Source: an uncultured bacterium (GTDB lineage: Bacteria; Pseudomonadota; Gammaproteobacteria; Steroidobacterales; Steroidobacteraceae). From it: DNA of 31,955 nt. The stretch lies in contig CAXBRZ010000001.1 of NCBI GenBank assembly GCA_963978075.1, positions 1 through 31,955 on the forward strand, written 5' to 3'. The translations under genes were made by a program, and so were the position numbers. Of the stretch, positions 25,181 to 31,955 are shown piece after piece (position 1 is the first letter of the stretch; every line of letters starts with the position of its first letter). The notes beneath the pieces were generated by a model. That model was not told the origin of the DNA. It saw nothing but the letters and a program-made list of their open reading frames with translations, and did not search any database.

Positions 25181-26115
25181 CGCGCGGCGGTTCCGTGGCG
25201 CAGAATCATGCCAAGCGTCACATGGCCCATCCGGTGCCCCTGTGCATCGCATACATTCGCGGCCTCCGCACCTGCCCAGATCAGGGCTGCGAGCGCGTCC
25301 TTCAGGCTCATGGTGACCGGCAAATCCGGTCCCGTGACAGCACCCGGCGACAGGATCGTATCCGCGGTCTCAAGAGACAAGAGCCGCAGGGCCCGGTCGG
25401 CGGTGCCCGTCAGCGCGGCAACCTGGTCTGTGGCAGGTTCGGTCAGCAGCCGTGCCGGAACGTCGTACTGCAGCAAGCGTCCGCCGTCCATGACAGCAAT
25501 CCGGTCCGCCAGCAGGAACGCCTCATCCATGTCATGCGTGACGATCAGCACGGTCGTTCCCAATTGCCGCTGGATTGCCCGAAGATCCGACTGCGCCTTG
25601 GCGCGGATGACGGGATCCAGCGCTCCGAAAGGCTCGTCCATCAGCAACAGGGCGGGGTCTGCGGCCAGTGCGCGTGCAACACCGACCCGCTGCTGCTGGC
25701 CTCCGGACAGTTCGGCCGGAAGGCGCAGCGCATGGGTTGCCGGATCAAGGCCGAACAATCGGAGCAGTTCATCGGTGCGGGCGTGGATACGCGCCTTGTC
25801 CCAACCCAGCAGGCGCGGCACGGCGGCAATGTTCTCGGCCACCGTATGGTGCGGGAAGAGGCCATTGCCCTGGATGACGTAGCCGATACGCCGACGCAAC
25901 ACATGCGCGGGTTCCGCGGTGGTCAGGCGTCCGTCGATGCGCACAGCGCCACTCGTGGGCTCGACCAGACGGTTGATCATGCGCAGCAGCGTCGACTTGC
26001 CGGAGCCGGAGGCTCCGACAATGGCCGTCACCGAACCGCTCGGCACCGCAAGACTCACGCCGTCCACCACGGTGGACTGTCCATAGCGTTTGGTCAGCCC
26101 CTCAATCTCGATCAT
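25177..26115 (-). CDS. yehX: Osmoprotectant-type ABC ATPase (YehX-like)
   Basis: Walker A GASGSGKS, signature LSGGQQQRV, Walker B LLLMDEPFGALD and H-loop VTHD. Confidence 0.93.
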   Translation of the reverse strand: MIEIEGLTKRYGQSTVVDGVSLAVPSGSVTAIVGASGSGKSTLLRMINRLVEPTSGAVRIDGRLTTAEPAHVLRRRIGYVIQGNGLFPHHTVAENIAAVPRLLGWDKARIHARTDELLRLFGLDPATHALRLPAELSGGQQQRVGVARALAADPALLLMDEPFGALDPVIRAKAQSDLRAIQRQLGTTVLIVTHDMDEAFLLADRIAVMDGGRLLQYDVPARLLTEPATDQVAALTGTADRALRLLSLETADTILSPGAVTGPDLPVTMSLKDALAALIWAGAEAANVCDAQGHRMGHVTLGMILRHGTAAR

Positions 26116-27266
26116 CCCGCCCTCCGCTGCTGCAACTGCTCGACCACGGCATCCAGCATCACACCGGCCGAGAGCGCGAGCGCCACTGTGGGCAAGGCCC
26201 CCAGCAGCACAAGATCAATGGCCGTCTGGCCGATGCCCTGGAAGATAAACGCCCCAAGGCCCCCGCCGCCAACGAGGGCTGCCACCGCAGCAAGACCGAT
26301 GTTTTGGACGAGCACCACGCGTACACCCGTGACGATCGTCGGCAGCGCCAGGGGCCAGCGTATATCGCTCAGCACCTGGCGTTCGGTGAGCCCCATGCCC
26401 CGCGCCGCCTCAATCACGTCCTCAGAAATGCCCTCGAGGCCGAGCACTGTATTGGCCACCACCGGCAGCAGGGCATACAGGCACAGCGCTAGAAAGGCCG
26501 GCGCATAACCGATACCACCGATGCCCCAGTCAGCGAGCGTGGGCCACGCCGCCGCCAGTGCGGCCAGCGGTGTCATCAGCATGCCGTACAGTGCAATCGA
26601 AGGCACTGTCTGCACGCCGCTCAGCACCGCAAGCATGGGCCGTCGCAGCCAGCGACGTCCGTGACAGGCGAGCCCCGCGGGTACGCCGATGGCCACCGCA
26701 AAGAGCACCGAGCCGAACGACAAGGCGAGGTGACGGTTCAGTTCGTGACCGAAACGCCCTGCATTGGTCGCGTACTCGCGCATGACGGACACCTGCTCGA
26801 AATGCCCGCTGCCAAGCGCAAGGCCCAAGGCACACAGCGCGGTCGCCAACAGCAGCAGACGCGCGAAGGCGCGCAACCGCAGGCGGGCAACGGCGTCGGT
26901 CAGGAGCAGCAGTAACGTTGCCGTCAAACACCAGAAGCCCGGGCCGGGCGCGATCCGCAAGACGGCTGCCCCGTCGGCTCCGCGCGCACTGGCCGCCGCA
27001 CCGAGCCCGTACAGGAGCACTGCAAGGGCACCGATGCTGGCGGTCAGGCGCCGCACGGGCTGCAGGCTTAGGACCGCCAGCAGCCAGAGGAGCAGAAGGG
27101 CGACACCCCACGGCAACCCACCCGTGATCAGCACGTCAAAGGCCGACTCGCCGACGCCAGGCACCACCCGGTTCGCTTTGACTATCAGGAAGGGCAGCCC
27201 ACTGAACGCCCACGCTCCCGCCACCCCGAAGACGAGGCCCGGCAAGTCGGGCCGTCGGGCACTCAT
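26112..27266 (-). CDS. yehY: Osmoprotectant-type ABC permease (YehY-like)
   Basis: Long N-terminal TM extension with ANRVVPG, QTVPSIALYG, EAARGMGLT and GGGGLG. Confidence 0.87.
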   Translation of the reverse strand: MSARRPDLPGLVFGVAGAWAFSGLPFLIVKANRVVPGVGESAFDVLITGGLPWGVALLLLWLLAVLSLQPVRRLTASIGALAVLLYGLGAAASARGADGAAVLRIAPGPGFWCLTATLLLLLTDAVARLRLRAFARLLLLATALCALGLALGSGHFEQVSVMREYATNAGRFGHELNRHLALSFGSVLFAVAIGVPAGLACHGRRWLRRPMLAVLSGVQTVPSIALYGMLMTPLAALAAAWPTLADWGIGGIGYAPAFLALCLYALLPVVANTVLGLEGISEDVIEAARGMGLTERQVLSDIRWPLALPTIVTGVRVVLVQNIGLAAVAALVGGGGLGAFIFQGIGQTAIDLVLLGALPTVALALSAGVMLDAVVEQLQQRRAG

Positions 27267-28171
27267 GGGAGAAACCCCGCCACGCGCAGGTAATCCCGGG
27301 CGACAACGGCCGGCGCCTCGCCGCCGATCTGCACCCGTTCGTTCAGCCGCTGCAGACGGTCACGATCAAGGCTGCGCATCAGCGGACCCACAACCTCTGC
27401 AATCGCCGGATACCGCTCCAGCACCACGCCCCGCACCGTCGGCACCGGCGCATAGACCGGCTGGTCATGAAGGTCATCCTCCAGCACGCGCAACCGGGCG
27501 CTGACGATTCCGCCATCCGTGCTGTAGACCATCGCCACATTGACGTTGTTGGTGCGCGCCGCCGCCGCTGCGATGGTGGCGGCCGTCTCACCGCCGGCGA
27601 GGACAATCTTCTGTTCGGGTTTGAGGTGGAATCCGTAGGTCGCCTCGAGCGAACGCAGCGTACCGGCGTTGGCAAATTCGGCCGAGCAGGCGAGCGTCAC
27701 GTGTCCACCCGCACGAACCCAGCGTCCAAAGTCGCTCATGCTGTACAGGACAGCCTGCCGCGCGACGTCCTCGCGCACGGCTAGCGCCCAGGTATTGCTC
27801 GCCGGCGCCGGTGTCAGCCAGACCACCCGATGCGCCGCCAAGTCAAGGCGGGCGCCTTCCGCAAAACCTGCCGCCGCATCCTTCCAGACGGGGTCAGACG
27901 GCCGGTGGTGGAAAAAACCGGCGTTCCCCGTGTACTCGACGTAAAGATCGATTTCTCCGGCCAGCAACGCCCTGCGCACGACCGGGGTCGCTCCGAGCGT
28001 CATGCGATCGACCGTCGGAATACCGTGCGCCTCCAGCAAGAGACGGATCATCTGGCCGATCATGGCCGACTCCGTCGACAGCTTGGACGACACCACCACC
28101 GGTGGCAGCGCCATAGCCACGCCGGCGACAGACAGCGACCACAGCAACAGGAGACACAGCAGGCGGCGCAA
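27263..28171 (-). CDS. yehZ: OsmF/YehZ-type quaternary-amine ABC substrate-binding protein
   Basis: Probable TTG start at 28171 (GGAG 6 nt upstream) gives the signal peptide MRRLLCLLLLWSLSVAGVAMA. Motifs LGATPVVR, GEIDLYVEYTGNAGFF, NTWALAVR and QPVYAPVP. Confidence 0.85.
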   Translation of the reverse strand: MRRLLCLLLLWSLSVAGVAMALPPVVVSSKLSTESAMIGQMIRLLLEAHGIPTVDRMTLGATPVVRRALLAGEIDLYVEYTGNAGFFHHRPSDPVWKDAAAGFAEGARLDLAAHRVVWLTPAPASNTWALAVREDVARQAVLYSMSDFGRWVRAGGHVTLACSAEFANAGTLRSLEATYGFHLKPEQKIVLAGGETAATIAAAAARTNNVNVAMVYSTDGGIVSARLRVLEDDLHDQPVYAPVPTVRGVVLERYPAIAEVVGPLMRSLDRDRLQRLNERVQIGGEAPAVVARDYLRVAGFLP

Positions 28172-28348
28172 TCGGATCTCCGCAGTCGCACCAGTGGGGC
28201 GAGGCTTGACCCTGCCACCTTGGCGATTGCAGTGCACAGCGTCAAGCACCGAAGCGCTTGTCATCGCCCGCGCCGCGTGGTCACATGGGCGCCTGTCGGG
28301 CACCGCGCATCACGGCCGGGTGCCCCAGATGCAAGTTCCGCCAGATCT

Positions 28349-29653
28349 GTGAAGCCACCGTTGAAGCGCACGCCCAAGAACCGCTCCGATCACCCTGACA
28401 GCGGCCGTTACAGCCTTTTTCGGCTCCTGCGCGAAGGTCTGTTCGGTCATGAAGGCTGGGGACCTGCCTGGCACAAGGCCTCGCCTCGCGCTCACTACCG
28501 CGTCGTCATTGTCGGCGGCGGCGGCCAGGGGTTGGCCACCGCCCATGCCCTCTGCACCGAGCATGGCATCAGCGACGTAGCGGTACTGGAAAAAGGCCCG
28601 ATCGGGCTTGGCAACGTCGGACGCAACACCACCATCGTCCGCAGCAACTACTTCCATCCGGACAACATCCGCTTCTACGAATACTCGCTGAAGCGCTGGG
28701 AACAACTGGAGCGCACGCTCAACTTCAACGCGATGGTGAGCCAGCGCGGCACGCTCAACCTGTTCCATACCGAAGCGCAGCGCGACCTTTTCACCCGCCG
28801 CGCCAACGCGATGCGCCTGCAGGGCGTCGATGCCGAGGCTCTGGACCGCAAGGAGGTCAAGGAACTGGTGCCTCTCGTCGACCTCGACCATGGCCGTTTC
28901 CCGGTGCTGGGCGGCTTCCTGCAGCCACGCGGAGGCACCGTACGTCACGACGCCGTTGCCTGGCGGTACGCACGTGCCGCATCACGGGCAGGCGCCGATA
29001 TCGTCGAGCACTGCGAAGTGCGCCGCATCGTTGCCGAGCGTGGCCGCGTGACCGGCGTCGAAACCAGCCGCGGCTTCATCGGCGCCGACATTGTCTGTCT
29101 CGCGGTTGCCGGCCACTCCTCCACCCTGGCCGGCACGGTCGGCCTCAGACTGCCGGTCGAGAGCCACGTGCTGCAGGCCTTCGTGAGCGAATCGATCAAG
29201 CCGGTCCTCGACGTCGTCATCACCTATGGCGCCGGGCACTTCTACATCAGCCAGTCGGACAAGGGTGGTCTCGTCTTCGGAGGCCCGATCGACGGCTACA
29301 ACACCTACGGACAGCGTGGCACGTTGCCGGTGGCCGAAGAGGTTGCCGCCGCTGGACTGACCATGCTCCCGGGACTTGGCCGCGTGCGGATCCTGCGCCA
29401 ATGGGGCGGCATCATGGACATGAGCATGGACGGATCGCCGATCATTTCCCGCACGCCGGTCGAAGGTCTTATTTTGAACGCTGGCTGGTGTTACGGCGGA
29501 TTCAAGGCCATTCCGGCCGGTGGCGCCGCGACGGCCCACCTCATCGCTACAGGCGAACCACACGACATCGCGCGGCATTTTGACCTTGAGCGGTTTGCGG
29601 ACGGCCGCACCATCGACGAGCGCGGCGCCGGGCCGTTCCCGTGGGCGCACTGA
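28349..29653 (+). CDS. soxB: Sarcosine oxidase-family beta subunit (paralog 2); start uncertain (GTG 28349 or TTG 28361)
   Basis: RYSLFRLL..GL N-terminal motif, IVGGGGQGLATA, GRNTTIVRSNY, RHDAVAW, WGGIMDMSMDGSPI and GWCYGGFKA. Confidence 0.9.
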   Translation: MKPPLKRTPKNRSDHPDSGRYSLFRLLREGLFGHEGWGPAWHKASPRAHYRVVIVGGGGQGLATAHALCTEHGISDVAVLEKGPIGLGNVGRNTTIVRSNYFHPDNIRFYEYSLKRWEQLERTLNFNAMVSQRGTLNLFHTEAQRDLFTRRANAMRLQGVDAEALDRKEVKELVPLVDLDHGRFPVLGGFLQPRGGTVRHDAVAWRYARAASRAGADIVEHCEVRRIVAERGRVTGVETSRGFIGADIVCLAVAGHSSTLAGTVGLRLPVESHVLQAFVSESIKPVLDVVITYGAGHFYISQSDKGGLVFGGPIDGYNTYGQRGTLPVAEEVAAAGLTMLPGLGRVRILRQWGGIMDMSMDGSPIISRTPVEGLILNAGWCYGGFKAIPAGGAATAHLIATGEPHDIARHFDLERFADGRTIDERGAGPFPWAH

Positions 29654-29654
29654 C

Positions 29655-29936
29655 ATGCTGCGCATTCCCTGCCCGCACTGCGGAGTACGTGACGAGACCG
29701 AATTCCGCTACCGCGGAGATGCCAGCGTGCTGCGCCCATCCCCCGAGGGCGGCGAGGTGGCTTTCGCGCGCTACGTCTACGAACGAACCAATCCCAAGGG
29801 CTGGCATGCCGAGTGGTGGATGCATGCTGCCGGCTGCCGAACGGTACTGCGCGTGATCCGGCATACCGTCACGCACGAAATCCATTCGGTAACACTGCCG
29901 CAGGAAACCGCCGAGATGCCGGCGGACGGTCGATGA
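29655..29936 (+). CDS. soxD: Sarcosine oxidase-family delta subunit
   Basis: MLRIPCPHCGVRDETEF, YVYERTNPKG..EWWMHAAGC (Cys3His zinc site) and RHTVTHEI. Confidence 0.93.
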   Translation: MLRIPCPHCGVRDETEFRYRGDASVLRPSPEGGEVAFARYVYERTNPKGWHAEWWMHAAGCRTVLRVIRHTVTHEIHSVTLPQETAEMPADGR

Positions 29937-31480
29937 GCGGCGCCTCCCGCCTCTGCAGCGGCCTCTTCGAATGCACAGGCGCACCCGTGCAGTTTCGTTT
30001 CGACGGCGTGCCTTACACAGGCCGCGAGGGCGACACGCTCGCAGCCGCCCTGCTCGCCAACGGCGTCCAGGTCGTCGGCCGCAGCTTCAAATACCACCGC
30101 CGCCGGGGAATCTACACCGCCGGACCCGAGGAACCCAACGCCCTCGTGACAGTGATCGGTACCACCGGACGGGAGCCGAACAGGCCGGCCACCACCCTGC
30201 CGCTCACCGACGGCCTCAACGTCGAGAGCCAGAACCGCTGGCCCTCCCTCACGCTGGACCTGCTGGGCGCTTTCGGGGCGCTGTCCCGCTTTCTTCCCGC
30301 CGGGTTCTACTACAAGACCTTCATGTGGCCGGGCTTCGCGTGGGAGCGGATTTACGAGCCCTTGATCCGCCGCGCGGCAGGACTTGGGCGTCTGCAACCG
30401 CCCCCATCACCCCCCGCGCAGGCAGACACGCGCCACGCCCACACGGACGTGCTCGTGGTGGGAGCTGGCCCCTCCGGTCTGAGTGCGGCTTACGCCCTTG
30501 GCTCTCAAGGTCTGCGTGTGATCCTTGCCGATCAGGACGAGCACGCCGGCGGCGGCACCTGCCTTGATCCTGACTGGCATGCGTGGCGAGCGGCGATGCT
30601 GGGGCAACTCGACGCATTGCCGAGCGTGCGTCGCCTGGCCCGCACCACCGTCGTGGGCGCTTACGGTCACGGTGTGTTCGGCGCGCTCGAGACGCATGCA
30701 CCTTCCAAAGACGCGGCGGGCGGCGAGACCTTGCACGTGATCCGTTGTCTCGCAACGGTGCTCGCCACAGGCTCGGTCGAGCGACTGATCGCACTGCCAG
30801 GCAACGACCTGCCCGGTGTCATGCTTGCCGGTGCGGCCCTGCGCTACCTCGTCGGCCACGGCGTTTCGATCGGCCGCAGGGCCATCGTCTTCACCAACAA
30901 CGACGATGCCTATGCGACCGCGCTCGAATACGCCCGGCGCGGTAGCCCCGTCGAAGCCATCGTCGATGTGCGCGAATACTCCCCTGCGGCGGACCGGGCG
31001 CGTGGAGCCGGGCTGACCGTGTACGCCGGCGCCAAGGTCGAAGCCATCCTCGGCGACAAGGCCGTTCGGGCCGTGCGGGTGCGGGATCGCGAAGGTCAGC
31101 GCTTCACCCTGCCCGCTGATTGTGTGCTTCTCTCGGGCGGCCACACCCCGGCAACGGCACTGGCAGCGCAACTGGGCGCGGAACTGCGCTGGAACACTTC
31201 GCTCGCAGCCTTTACGCCCGATCTTGCTCCCGCATTGGGACAGGTGGCAGGGTCAGCGCACGGGGTGTGCGGTCTCGCCGCTGCCGTGCAGGACGGCCTG
31301 TCGGCAGCGCGACGCATTGCGGCGACCTTGGGACTTACTGCTTTCGAGGAGCCCTCACTGCCCGTCACCCCGGCCGATGCGCCCCGGGCTGACCTTGAAC
31401 CCTGCTGGGAAATCGCAGGCAAAGGCAAGGCGTTCGTCGACCTGCAGCATGATGTGACCTGCGCCGATGTGCGCCTGGCG
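29933..31480 (+). CDS. soxA: Sarcosine oxidase-family alpha subunit, N-terminal half only (paralog 2); not in the supplied ORF track
   Basis: ATGA overlap with soxD. My translation gives FRFDG..GDTLAAALLANG...GRSFKYHR, GFYYKTFMWP, DVLVVGAGPSGL, GNDLPGVM and KAFVDLQHDVT with no stop. Homology ends at ADVRLA (516 codons). Confidence 0.9.
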
Positions 31481-31955
31481 CGCTTCGCGTTCCTGCCGAC
31501 GCTGCAATTCGAGGCGGACTACGGCATCGAAGCCAACGCCTTCGCGTTGCATAGCACCGTAGCCGCAGCCCCGGACAAAGGTCCCTTGCCGAATCTCGGC
31601 TACTTTCTCACTGTCTCGTTGAGCTTGCCGGTTTGGGATTGGGGTTCGCGATCGAGCAAGGTTCGGCAAGCCGCGCTAAAGCGCGATCAGGCGTCGGTGG
31701 ATCTTTCGGTCACGCAGCGGACGCTCATCCGCAATTTCCAGGGCTTCTACAAGGAAGCTGAGACTGCCCGCACGCAAGTGGATTCGCTTCGTTCCTCGGT
31801 GGATCTGGCGGCTGAAAGTCTCCGCTTAAACGGATTGCGTTACCAAGCCGGTGAAGCTACCATCTTGGAACTTGTGGACGCGCAAACCACGCTTTTGCAA
31901 ACGAAGAACGCTTACGACGACGGTTTGGCCCGTTATCGTGTTGCGCTCGCTAATC
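31481..31955 (+). other. C-terminal fragment of a TolC-family outer-membrane efflux protein, joined in frame to soxA
   Basis: Same frame reads RFAFLPTL...LSLPVWDWG...SVDLAAESLRLNGLRYQAGEATILELVDAQTTLLQTKNAYDDGLARYRVALAN, a typical OEP repeat (LP.wDwG, Y..G..t.lelvdAQ). It runs off the window edge. Confidence 0.85.

Noticed and set aside
28220-28236. Sigma54-like -24/-12 site (TTGGCGATTGCAGTGCA) upstream of soxB
   Set aside because: GG/GC spacing fits, but the surrounding consensus match is poor and no enhancer-binding protein is in the window.
27830-28348. Long N-terminal extension of soxB in the ORF track; likewise the upstream extensions of soxG, mttB1, mttB2, the TonB receptor, yehW and yehZ
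   Set aside because: These extensions overlap neighbouring genes or promoters. Homology, RBS or stop/start overlaps support the later starts used above.
1-31955. CRISPR arrays, tRNA/rRNA genes, tandem repeats
   Set aside because: No regularly spaced repeats or RNA-gene signatures were seen, and nearly all sequence is explained by CDSs.

Overview
High-GC proteobacterial window devoted almost entirely to uptake and demethylation of N-methylated amines or betaines. It carries two different heterotetrameric sarcosine-oxidase-family operons (soxA-G at the left edge, soxB-D-A at the right), two tandem ~810-aa FAD/GcvT dimethylglycine/sarcosine-dehydrogenase-like genes, folD, two non-pyrrolysine MttB-family methyltransferases, an XRE-cupin regulator, a YehZYXW betaine-type ABC importer, an orphan PotF-like binding lipoprotein and a TonB-dependent receptor. 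Less expected genes sit among them: (i) a signal-peptide-bearing HAL/PAL-family lyase whose MIO-forming Ala-Ser-Gly is replaced by Glu-Gly (ergothionase-like), (ii) a translationally coupled TPR-sulfotransferase / MttB / signal-less PhnD-fold trio, (iii) a membrane di-iron desaturase-family gene, and (iv) an AbiEii-like nucleotidyltransferase with a small downstream partner. The last ORF is missing from the supplied track because it has no stop codon. It is an in-frame chimera: the N-terminal half of SoxA switches at about 31463-31481 into the C-terminus of a TolC-family protein with different base composition, which points to a misassembly or a recombination junction. I saw no rRNA, tRNA, CRISPR array or transposase. 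All family calls come from reading motifs by eye; no database searches were run.
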